The position numbers and the translations under genes are program-made. The notes under the pieces are model-generated. The model made no database searches, was not told the DNA's origin, and was given only the letters and a program-made list of their open reading frames with translations. This document shows, one piece after another, positions 42,070 through 51,087 of a stretch of 64,000 bases of DNA. Positions within the stretch are counted from its first letter, which is position 1, and every line of letters starts with the position of its first letter. Origin of the DNA: Candidatus Bathyarchaeota archaeon (GTDB lineage: Archaea > Thermoproteota > Bathyarchaeia > Bathyarchaeales > Bathycorpusculaceae); NCBI GenBank assembly GCA_963772455.1, contig CAVYXJ010000007.1:1-64000 (forward strand), written 5' to 3'.

Positions 42070-43988
42070 TAGACAACCTCACGCACGATTGATTTTCCTT
42101 CGAGGTTCTGAACAGTAATTACATTTGCATCTTTCTGTGCAAATGTAATTTGGCTTGGTGTAATTACGACGTATTGGGCACTCGCGTCTTTAATCATTGC
42201 AACTAAGACTTTGGCTATCATTTCACGGTTTTTTGGATCCATATGAATGTCGTATTCGTCAACTGCACGGAACGGTGAACGTACATGCTGCTGCAAAGCC
42301 AATAAGAAACCCATTGTTGCGGTAGTTCGTTCTCCACCGCTCTGAGTATAAGCATCCAAAGCAACAGGTTTGCTACCCTTGAATCCGACATAAATCTCAA
42401 GCCCCGCAGTCTCTATATCTTGCACGCTTGAAAGTTTCACTTCCCCAGTTGCAAGCGTTTGACCCATAATTTTCTGGTACTCGACATTAACCCGTTCAAG
42501 CAAATTCTCCATAACACTGCGCCAAGACAACATACGAGTTTTAACTTCTTCAAGGGTTTTCTCGCGATTCTCAGCAACCAACTGAGCTTTTTCTTTAAGC
42601 TCTAAATAAAGCTTGGAATAGGATTCATATTGACGCTCTATATCCTCAGAAACGTCAGCTAATGCAGCCAAGTGACCATTAGTTAAGCCGATTTCATCTT
42701 GAATTTCTGCACTACTTTTAAGGACGGCTATTCGATCACCCGAAGGTTGTGCCTTCAGGATTGCCAAGTTAAGGGTCTCTTCAGCTTCCTTAATGGATTT
42801 CTCGATATTCTTCATATCGGCAATTGCGTTTGCCCGCTTAAACTCCAGCAAAGCAAGCTTTACCCGCTTCTCTAAAGCCTCAGCAGTAATTTTATCTGTG
42901 GAATTTTCAAGCTTAATCATTTTTGTTTGGTTCTCTTTAACAAGGTCATTGGATTTGGCGATTTGTTTCTTAGCGGTTTCCAACATTTTTTGGAGGTTTT
43001 CGCTTCTTAGAAGTTTAAGCTGACTTTTAGTTACCATTAAATTCTCTAAAGCTTGAGCTTCAGTTAGAAACTGTTCAATCAAGGATAAAGTAGATTCGTT
43101 CTTTGCAATCTCGCGTTCAAAACTCAAACGTAGATCAAAAACCGATTTAACCTCTCCCTTGAGCGTTTGCTGCTCGGACTGTTGTCCATCCAGCACGCTA
43201 ATAATCATTTGCCGTTCATCTTCTATTTTTCCAAGCGATTGTTGGTTTTTGTTAAAATTCGCCTGTAACCCTTTGATTATAGCTTCCCGACGCTCAACTT
43301 CAGCCCACACCAATTCACGATCTAAAAACCGTCGTTTAAGCTGTAACTGTTTTTTCTCTTGATACTTATCATATTGTTCGTGCCAATAAGCAAGTGTTTG
43401 CTGTGCTTGCTCAAGCAGTTTGCTAACTGACTCTTCTTGGCTAAGAATACGCATAAGTTTGGTTTTGGCTTGCACAACATTTTCTCGAAAAGGCTCAAGC
43501 CCAACAGCAGCTTCCACCATACGAAGTTTTTCTATATTGCTAAGAACGCTAAATTGCTCCACCATGTTTTGGTGCATGATGATAAGCATGTTGTCTGGGT
43601 CAACACCAAATTTACCAAGTAACCGTTCAATATCTTGCTTGCTAGCCACTCGGTTTTCGAGCTCAAAAAAGTATTTTCCGTCCCGACGTAATACTCGAGT
43701 AAGGAATAGTTGGTCTTTGCTGTATTTTGAGACGGGTCGTTTGTTGCCTTGTTTGCTATTGTCTAGAATTAGGGTCACTCTAGCTTGGTCTTTTCCCCAG
43801 CGAATTAAGTCGCTGAGTTTACGGGAACGTTCAGTGTAAGTTTGCCCCAACCCAACAGAGATGGCAAGTAAAAGTGAAGATTTTCCTGCGCCGTTTGGTC
43901 CCCCGATTATGTTCACGCCCTGCTTAAACGGAACTCGGGCGTATTCATAACTCATGAAATTTTCAAGGATAACTTCTTGTATTAACAT
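42069..43988 (-). CDS. Short SMC-family ATPase, SMC5/6-/coalescin-like
   Basis: LENFMSY, GPNGAGKSS, Q-loop, coiled coil, QSGGER and SPFRAVDEYDIHMDPKN. 639 aa. Confidence 0.88.
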   Translation of the reverse strand: MLIQEVILENFMSYEYARVPFKQGVNIIGGPNGAGKSSLLLAISVGLGQTYTERSRKLSDLIRWGKDQARVTLILDNSKQGNKRPVSKYSKDQLFLTRVLRRDGKYFFELENRVASKQDIERLLGKFGVDPDNMLIIMHQNMVEQFSVLSNIEKLRMVEAAVGLEPFRENVVQAKTKLMRILSQEESVSKLLEQAQQTLAYWHEQYDKYQEKKQLQLKRRFLDRELVWAEVERREAIIKGLQANFNKNQQSLGKIEDERQMIISVLDGQQSEQQTLKGEVKSVFDLRLSFEREIAKNESTLSLIEQFLTEAQALENLMVTKSQLKLLRSENLQKMLETAKKQIAKSNDLVKENQTKMIKLENSTDKITAEALEKRVKLALLEFKRANAIADMKNIEKSIKEAEETLNLAILKAQPSGDRIAVLKSSAEIQDEIGLTNGHLAALADVSEDIERQYESYSKLYLELKEKAQLVAENREKTLEEVKTRMLSWRSVMENLLERVNVEYQKIMGQTLATGEVKLSSVQDIETAGLEIYVGFKGSKPVALDAYTQSGGERTTATMGFLLALQQHVRSPFRAVDEYDIHMDPKNREMIAKVLVAMIKDASAQYVVITPSQITFAQKDANVITVQNLEGKSIVREVV

Positions 43989-44321
43989 AAACGTTTCTTT
44001 GCCTCTAACTTTGAAGCGTTCAAACTATTGAAAAGCGTCTTATTAAAACAATACCAGACTAAAATAAGATAACTCCCGCACCTAATCCTCATTATTTCTC
44101 TTTTGTTTACGCTAATTAAGGCTTTCTTTTGACAAGATGTGTCACCAATTAATGGGTTTCAACTCATCATCAATATTCAGCAATCGCAGAATTATAATTA
44201 CAAAAAGATTATCCATGTAAAAGTATGACTGAATCATCCGAACGTTTAGTTTATGCTAAGCGAAAATGACTAAATCTTCCAATCTTAAATACTGCAAAGA
44301 GAAGAGTCGATGGGCAGCTTT

Positions 44322-45806
44322 TCAAGAATTCGTTAAGTAGGTAAGTCTTCCTTCAACTTGTCTTTTCACGTTTTGGTTGTTTCTAATGTATTCTACTAGA
44401 ACATCTTGGGCGGAGGTGGAAACCAGTTTTGCTTTCCCGACTGAAACAAGTTGTTCTTGGGACATGTTTAAGTTGGCTAATGAATTCTTAAAGTGATATC
44501 CCTGCAAACAAACTGTATAGATGCTGTCGTTGGCTAAGTCAGCTCCGTTGACTTTCAGAGATACAAGCTGTTGGAGCACTATATCATAGGTGGCTTTAAC
44601 GCCGCTACTTACTTGGTAGCATTCCCCTTCGCCGTTGAGATTTTCTGGTCGCATAATATGGCTAAAAATAGTTTTTAAAGAAAGCCCACTTACCGAATAT
44701 CTTGAAAGAGAGTCATCGTATGGAAAACATGTACGAAGATCTTTGAGAGTAATTACAGGACCAATTTCTTTAGATCTAATTGATCCACTGCCAATTAAAG
44801 CAACATCGGATTCGGCCCTTTGCGCAAAAGCGTCCGCAAACAAATTGCCTAAGGAAGTTTCTACCTCACGTTTTGGATGCGTCAGAGCAACTGCAAGTTT
44901 CCCCAAAATTGCGTTGTACTTATTATCTACTTCTTCTTGGAAGCGGCGGATGAATTCTTGCAGTTTCAAGTCGGGTTCAGCTAAATTATTGTCTATCGGA
45001 ATTAATCTCCATGCGTAGCCAATAATTGAGTTTGTGTCATCGTCAACCTCAATGTCCAAACGTCCAATATGGTCGGATCCTACTCCTGCTTGGACAATTA
45101 GTATGTTGTTAACTTTGGCGGGTTCATTAAGAATGGTGTGTGAGTGACCGCCAACTATGAGGTCAACACCTGCTTTTGGGCTAATCAGTTTTGCCAACTC
45201 CAAGTCGGAGTCGAAACCGATATGAGTTAAAATGATCGTTAGGTCTATATCGTCGTTTTTGTATGCGTTGCATATTTTTTCGATTTCCTTGCCGGCTTCC
45301 TCCAAACTAACGAAGCTGCTTATTAGTTCATCTTGTTTTATTGAATCCATAACTTTTTCTGTTATTATACCAGTGAAAAGAACGTCAAATCCTGCTTTCT
45401 TAAGGATTAAATGAGATTGCATTAGTCTTTTGTTGTACTGTTTTATGTACAGGTTAGCATTTACTATTGGAAAATTAGCCATTTTCTCAAGAAACAACAA
45501 ATGAGGCAAACCATAATCGAATTCGTGATTACCTAAAGCGACAACGTCGGGTGATAGGTAATTCATTATTTCTATTGTTGAGATTCCCTTGTATTCGGTA
45601 TCAATAAGGGATCCTTGAACCATGTCTCCTGAAATAACGTAGAACACGTTTTCTTCTTCTTGCCTAACTTTGTTGATATAACCCGACAGGAGAGATAAGC
45701 CGCCAATGAGCTTACCCTGGTGTCCTTGAATTTCCGCTAAAAAGTCACCGTGGATGTCGTTGGAGTGAAGGATTGTAAATTTTTTCGTTGCCATAATACA
45801 ACCCAT
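44322..45806 (-). CDS. Bifunctional metallophosphatase/5'-nucleotidase (no obvious signal peptide)
   Basis: LHSNDIHG, GD, LGNHEFD, LTH and GGHSH motifs; C-terminal GNLFADA, GSIR, PY. Confidence 0.92.
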   Translation of the reverse strand: MGCIMATKKFTILHSNDIHGDFLAEIQGHQGKLIGGLSLLSGYINKVRQEEENVFYVISGDMVQGSLIDTEYKGISTIEIMNYLSPDVVALGNHEFDYGLPHLLFLEKMANFPIVNANLYIKQYNKRLMQSHLILKKAGFDVLFTGIITEKVMDSIKQDELISSFVSLEEAGKEIEKICNAYKNDDIDLTIILTHIGFDSDLELAKLISPKAGVDLIVGGHSHTILNEPAKVNNILIVQAGVGSDHIGRLDIEVDDDTNSIIGYAWRLIPIDNNLAEPDLKLQEFIRRFQEEVDNKYNAILGKLAVALTHPKREVETSLGNLFADAFAQRAESDVALIGSGSIRSKEIGPVITLKDLRTCFPYDDSLSRYSVSGLSLKTIFSHIMRPENLNGEGECYQVSSGVKATYDIVLQQLVSLKVNGADLANDSIYTVCLQGYHFKNSLANLNMSQEQLVSVGKAKLVSTSAQDVLVEYIRNNQNVKRQVEGRLTYLTNS

Positions 45807-46008
45807 TTAATAAGAATGTAGAGGTTACAATTATGTTTAGTGTTAATTTTAAAAAAAGAAACTAAATTCTCTTGAAAAACTATATTGACACAAATTTTAA
45901 AGTTAAATTTCAGCTTTTTTCAACCAAGTTAAGAAAAAGCCCTTATTTCAACATAAAAAAAAGAGTTAAAGTTAAAAGACTTTTATTGTGATATGTACAA
46001 AGAGTTAA

Positions 46009-46269
46009 GTGGTTAAACTTATGAAATTCGCAGAAATCGCTATTTTACTAAGAGAAATTGTTGACAGGTGCCCCGGGTTAGATGGAAGTACTATCACTTT
46101 GATTCCTCAGAAAGCTATGTATCCACTTTACAATGGGTACCATATTAACATTAAAGCTAATCTTTCTAAGGAGAGTTTAGGGAACCTACGTAAAATTGTG
46201 GAAGGACACGATTTAGTTATGCAGATTAAGTCTGATGCAGTAATTGTGTATGAAACCAGATCTTCATAA
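46009..46269 (+). CDS. Hypothetical protein
   Basis: 86-aa ORF in intergenic space with an upstream TATA-like sequence. Confidence 0.55.
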   Translation: MVKLMKFAEIAILLREIVDRCPGLDGSTITLIPQKAMYPLYNGYHINIKANLSKESLGNLRKIVEGHDLVMQIKSDAVIVYETRSS

Positions 46270-46483
46270 ATACGTAAGACATTTTTGCAAAACTTAAGAT
46301 TTTTTTATCAGTCCCATTAATTCTTTGAAGAATTAAGCATCAAAAATTTATTATATTTAAAGCACTTCAAAGCCCAAAAATAAAATCTATTTTTTAATGA
46401 TTGAGGGTTTACACTTTAAACAATAAACTTCGTTATTACAAGGCAGCGACGTTTTCATCGCCTAATAGCCAGTTACGGACTGC

Positions 46484-46921
46484 TTAGGTGATGCTGACGT
46501 TCTGAATGTCGAAGTATCGTTTTGCCAAAAAGCGCAAACGTTCGGCGTTCTTGCCGTTTTTACCTATTGCGACGCCCTTATCTTTAGGGTTGACCGTAAT
46601 TACTGCCATCTTTTTGCCATCAGTGCGTTCGGTGACGCGTATTTCGCGTACTGCTGCGGGTTTTAACGCGTTTTTCATGAATGTTGCTGGATCTTCGCTG
46701 TACTCGATGATTTCGTGTTTTTTGCCTGTCATTCGTTCAAGGGTATGAATGTTTCTTCCGCCCTTGCCTATTGCTACTCCGACTTGGCCTGGGTTCACAA
46801 TGAATATTGCTCTTTGCTCGACTTCGTCGACTATGCAGTCTTTTACGCTGGCGCCGCTGATGCTTTCAAATAAGGCAATGTATCGCATTTCGTCGCAGGT
46901 AATTTTTATGCCGGTTGTTAT
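46484..46921 (-). CDS. nusA: Archaeal NusA (two KH domains); probable start upstream of the first ATG
   Basis: AIGKGGRN and AIGKNGKN KH loops. The frame extends to ATA at 46921 after a GGAGG SD. Confidence 0.92.
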   Translation of the reverse strand: MTTGIKITCDEMRYIALFESISGASVKDCIVDEVEQRAIFIVNPGQVGVAIGKGGRNIHTLERMTGKKHEIIEYSEDPATFMKNALKPAAVREIRVTERTDGKKMAVITVNPKDKGVAIGKNGKNAERLRFLAKRYFDIQNVSIT

Positions 46922-46938
46922 TTTTTTTCCTCCATTTT

Positions 46939-47256
46939 TTATTCTTTAATTTGGTTTTCTTCGGTTACTTTGAGAATATCTGAGTCCCCTGTTTCGCGGA
47001 TGCTTAGCGCAGAGATAATGAAGAGTTTCTTGCAGACCTCAGCTAAATCCATTGATCCACCTTTGTAAGTAATGACGGGAACTTTAGAGATTTCTCCATA
47101 GTATTCTATTTGTTCTTTTATGTCTTTGGGACAGTTTGCGGCTAAAACAATCATTTTAGCTTTGCCGGTTTTGGCGTTTTGCAATGCAACATTGGTTCCA
47201 AAGGATACTTTACCTGTTTTCACTGCGGACGCTAACGATTTATCTATGTCTATCAT
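46939..47256 (-). CDS. rpl30e: 50S ribosomal protein L30e
   Basis: AVKTGKV.FG, IVLAANCP and GDSDI motifs; canonical position after rpoA. Confidence 0.95.
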   Translation of the reverse strand: MIDIDKSLASAVKTGKVSFGTNVALQNAKTGKAKMIVLAANCPKDIKEQIEYYGEISKVPVITYKGGSMDLAEVCKKLFIISALSIRETGDSDILKVTEENQIKE

Positions 47257-50200
47257 GCTTCGGTTTTTCCTCCATCTTTTTCTTGACGCTCGAAAGTTGA
47301 CATATACAGTTCAACTAAGCCTGTGCCGATTGGTATTGATTGCCCAACTATAACGTTTTCTGTTACTCCGGCTAAAGGATCACTTTCACCTTTCACGGCT
47401 GCTTCAACAATGTTTGGTACAGTGATTTCGAATGCGGCGCGCGCGAGGACACTTGCTTTTTTGCCGCTGATTCCGTGTCTGCCAATTTGTTGCACATCGC
47501 CTGTTGTTGTCATCATGTCTGCAACGAGCATTACGTGGCGTACATCTACGTCTAAGCCTTGATCTTCCAGAACTCCTTTTGCTTCGTGAACGAGTGCGTT
47601 TCTTGAAGCTTCGACCCCGAGAGTCTTAGCTATTTCGTGGATGTTGTTGGTGGTTGTTCGTGAAGTATCAACACCTATGACTTCAAGGACTTTGGATAGG
47701 TTTGAGCCGTCAGTTCGTATTACCCATTCGCCATTCTCTTCAGTTACTAGGACACGTTTAATGTCTGGAACACCTTTAACTTGGTAACCTGGAACTTTAG
47801 CTAACATGCGTTTGAGTTGCTCAGCTTTCTTTGGTTTAATCTCTACGGTTGTGTCAGTGACGGTTACTGTAGCATTTTGGAGTTCCATTCGTTCTTTTAG
47901 CTCTTCCATAGTAATGGCTCTGTCATCCATCATTTGCTTGTTTAATTCAATGATTATTTCTTCGCGAACTGGATCTTCGTAGATTGCTGAAGCCAAGTTC
48001 TCAACTGAAGTATAGATAATGTTACGTGCAACTTCAACTGCGCCTTCTTTGCTCTTTGCGTGGTCACCTTTGAGGTAGATTGTCATGATTGGTGTTGAGG
48101 GAATTCTGCGTGCATCGACAATTTCGATTAGTCTCGGTAAACCTAAAGTGACGTTTTGTTCTTTGACACCAGCGTAGTGGAAGGTTCTAAGAGTCATCTG
48201 CGTTCCTGGCTCGCCGATTGATTGAGCCGCAACGATACCGACAGCTTCTCCAGGCTCCATAAGAGCACGTTTGTACTGTTCGGCTGTTTGGGTTGCAGCT
48301 TTAGTAACTCCTTTGGCTGTGAGCTTGTTCTTTGCAAAGTTCTGTTTTAGTTGGTTTAGCAGGATAGGTGTTAACTGGTTTTCTACGCCTTTGAGTTGCT
48401 TTTTGATGTGATCTGTGGATGCCATTTCGCCTTTTTCGTCGCCAAGTTTTATCTGGTCGATTAGTCGATTGACGTTAACTGCTTTTCCGTGATCGCTCTT
48501 TGCTGGATCAACACCGTCTTCTCCATACCTGAATTGGATAATGTCTCCAGCAGAGTCACGAACTGTACTGTCATATTCTAAACGAATGTGCTCTAACGCG
48601 TTGATTAAGCGTCTTTGCATGTAACCACTTTGTTGTGTGCGTACGGCTGTGTCGACTAGACCTTCTCTGCCTCCCATTGCGTGGAAGAAGAATTCAATCG
48701 CGTCAAGTCCCGTCTGGTAAGAGTTGTATACGAATCCTCTCGCTCTTGGGCTGGGGTCGCCATCGGGGAAGTGGGGCAGTGCTCTTCCTGCGTAACCTCT
48801 TAGGATACGTTTTCCTCGGACTGATTGTTGCCCAACGCAAGCGGCCATTTGACCGATGTTTAGGCTTGAGCCTCTTGCACCTGCTCTTGTCATGACGATG
48901 CCTGCGTTTTCCAATGTGAAGTCTTCGTCTGCTATTTTGCCTGATTCGTCTCGGGCTACTGCAAGTTCGTGCATTACGTAGATTTCGAATGATTCTTCAA
49001 TAGTTTGTCCTGGCAAACGTGGTAGGGTTCCTTTGCGGAAGTTTTCGATGTGTTCATCAATCTTCTTTTGGATTCGGTCCATTGTTTTTGCCATTCGGTT
49101 GCGAGCTCTTGGCGATAGGACTAGTTGGTCATATGTATAACTGAATCCGCGCATTGAGATGAATTGTTTGAGCAAGTGTGTAACTTTGTTTAGGAATTCT
49201 CTTCCAGCTTGAGTGCCGTAGTCTTTAATGATTCTGTGAAGTAAGCTTTCGGATTGTTCTGAACCTATTGATCGTCTGTCGATTACTCCTGAAACAAGTT
49301 GCCCGTTCTTAACAACTACATAAGCATCGTGTTTGCATTCTTCTTCTTCACATTTTGTACAGCCTTGGCAGATGTTAGCTTTTAGTGAGTAATTGAGTGT
49401 TTTAGGTAGGTATAAACTGAAGATTTGTTTGCCTGACCACATGGGTTCGGGTGTCTTGATTTCTGGTTCTGGCACAGGTCCAACATAGTTTGTCGCAGTA
49501 AGCAACCTATTGACTTGGCTTCTATTCACATAGTTGCCTGTTCTTGTAAAGTAATATGCACTTGTTACGAAGTCTCTGATGGCGCCGATGATTGGTCCGC
49601 CAAATCTTGGTGAGAGGATTTGGTCTTGGACCTGCATTAATAGTAAGCTTTCGGTTCGGGCTTCTTCGCTTTGTGGAACGTGTAGGTTCATTTCGTCTCC
49701 ATCAAAGTCTGCGTTGTATGGTGGACAAACGCAAAGGTGAAGTCTGAAGGTCTTGTATGGCAAAACACGAACGTAATGGGCCATGATGGACATGCGGTGA
49801 AGTGAAGGCTGACGGTTAAAGATAGCAATGTCGCCGTTTTTGAGGTGGCGTTCTACTACGAATCCTAATTCCACTGCTTCTGCAATTTTTGTTCTGTCAA
49901 CTACGAATTCGAGTCTGATACGTTTGCCATCTGGTCTGATGATATAGAGGGCGCCTGGATAATTTTCTGGACCGTTAATGACGAATTTTTTCATTTCTTC
50001 GATGTTCCAAGCAGTTACCTTTTCTGGGATAGATAGTCGCATGGCAACATCTTGTGGAACACCAACTTCGTTTATGTCGAGGTTAGGGTCTGGTGAAATG
50101 ACTGTGCGTGCAGAGAAGTCAACACGTTTGCCTGAGAGATTGCTTCTAAAACGCCCTTCTTTGCCTTTCAACCGTTGCGAGAGAGTTTTTAGGGCTCGTC

Positions 50201-51086
50201 CACTGCGGTGTCGTGCTGGCGGAATACCTGATGCCTCGTTGTTAAAGTATGTTGTAACGTGGTACTGTAAAAGTTCAGATAGGTCTTGGATGATAAGGGT
50301 TGGTGCACCTGCTTCCATGTTTTCTTTCAAACGCTGATTAATGCGAATGATGTCTACAAGTTTGTGAGTTAAGTCATCTTCTGAGCGGATACCTGATTCA
50401 AGTGTGATTGATGGACGCACATAAACTGGTGGAACGGGCAGAACTTGAAGAACCATCCATTCTGGACGGGCAACTTTTGGATTAAAGCCTAAAATTTCTA
50501 AGTCTTCGTCTGAAACACGTTCAAGCCTTTCACGAATCATGCTAGGTGTTAGGGGTTCTGAGCCTGCTTCAGTTTGTTCGATGAACTTTGTTGGTTTCTC
50601 GAAGGTGATTTTGAATTGCGCCGCTGCACAGTAAGGACATTGTTTAGCTTTAATGTCGGTTAGAATTTCTTTGTAAATTTCATCAGGGATAGTTCCCAAG
50701 AGTTCATTGAAGCGTTCAAGTCTTTGTAGTGCTTTTTTAGAACCTTCTTCTGAGAGGAGAATGCGACCGCAAGTTCTGCAAGTTGATTTCAAAAGGTCAA
50801 AAATAATCTTTGTGAATTCAATGTGTACAATTGGTACTGCAAGTTCGATGTGACCGAAGTGTCCTGGACAGCGGATGGCGGTGTTGCCGCATGTTTTGCA
50901 TCTTTGTCTTGGTTCAAGAGTGCCTAATCTTCCATCCATTAATCCGGCTGTAATTGGTGCACCGTCTTCGTCATAAGTGTCTGGAGTTTGGATTTCTACG
51001 ACTGATTGTTTACGGAGGTCTTTTGGTGAGATTAAACCAAATGAGATTTCATCTACTATTTTATGTATTAATTCTTCCTGTGCCAT
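47253..51086 (-). CDS. rpoA1: RNA polymerase largest subunit, fused A'+A'' (Rpo1)
   Basis: CPGHFGH, NADFDGD, TQMTLRTFH and LARAAFE all lie in one 1277-aa frame. Confidence 0.97.
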   Translation of the reverse strand: MAQEELIHKIVDEISFGLISPKDLRKQSVVEIQTPDTYDEDGAPITAGLMDGRLGTLEPRQRCKTCGNTAIRCPGHFGHIELAVPIVHIEFTKIIFDLLKSTCRTCGRILLSEEGSKKALQRLERFNELLGTIPDEIYKEILTDIKAKQCPYCAAAQFKITFEKPTKFIEQTEAGSEPLTPSMIRERLERVSDEDLEILGFNPKVARPEWMVLQVLPVPPVYVRPSITLESGIRSEDDLTHKLVDIIRINQRLKENMEAGAPTLIIQDLSELLQYHVTTYFNNEASGIPPARHRSGRALKTLSQRLKGKEGRFRSNLSGKRVDFSARTVISPDPNLDINEVGVPQDVAMRLSIPEKVTAWNIEEMKKFVINGPENYPGALYIIRPDGKRIRLEFVVDRTKIAEAVELGFVVERHLKNGDIAIFNRQPSLHRMSIMAHYVRVLPYKTFRLHLCVCPPYNADFDGDEMNLHVPQSEEARTESLLLMQVQDQILSPRFGGPIIGAIRDFVTSAYYFTRTGNYVNRSQVNRLLTATNYVGPVPEPEIKTPEPMWSGKQIFSLYLPKTLNYSLKANICQGCTKCEEEECKHDAYVVVKNGQLVSGVIDRRSIGSEQSESLLHRIIKDYGTQAGREFLNKVTHLLKQFISMRGFSYTYDQLVLSPRARNRMAKTMDRIQKKIDEHIENFRKGTLPRLPGQTIEESFEIYVMHELAVARDESGKIADEDFTLENAGIVMTRAGARGSSLNIGQMAACVGQQSVRGKRILRGYAGRALPHFPDGDPSPRARGFVYNSYQTGLDAIEFFFHAMGGREGLVDTAVRTQQSGYMQRRLINALEHIRLEYDSTVRDSAGDIIQFRYGEDGVDPAKSDHGKAVNVNRLIDQIKLGDEKGEMASTDHIKKQLKGVENQLTPILLNQLKQNFAKNKLTAKGVTKAATQTAEQYKRALMEPGEAVGIVAAQSIGEPGTQMTLRTFHYAGVKEQNVTLGLPRLIEIVDARRIPSTPIMTIYLKGDHAKSKEGAVEVARNIIYTSVENLASAIYEDPVREEIIIELNKQMMDDRAITMEELKERMELQNATVTVTDTTVEIKPKKAEQLKRMLAKVPGYQVKGVPDIKRVLVTEENGEWVIRTDGSNLSKVLEVIGVDTSRTTTNNIHEIAKTLGVEASRNALVHEAKGVLEDQGLDVDVRHVMLVADMMTTTGDVQQIGRHGISGKKASVLARAAFEITVPNIVEAAVKGESDPLAGVTENVIVGQSIPIGTGLVELYMSTFERQEKDGGKTEA

Positions 51087-51087
51087 G

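Noticed and set aside
40625-43988. Wadjet (jetABCD) or Rad50/Mre11
   Set aside because: No JetD Toprim nuclease, no Mre11 and no zinc hook; the SMC is far shorter than JetC and the gene order differs.
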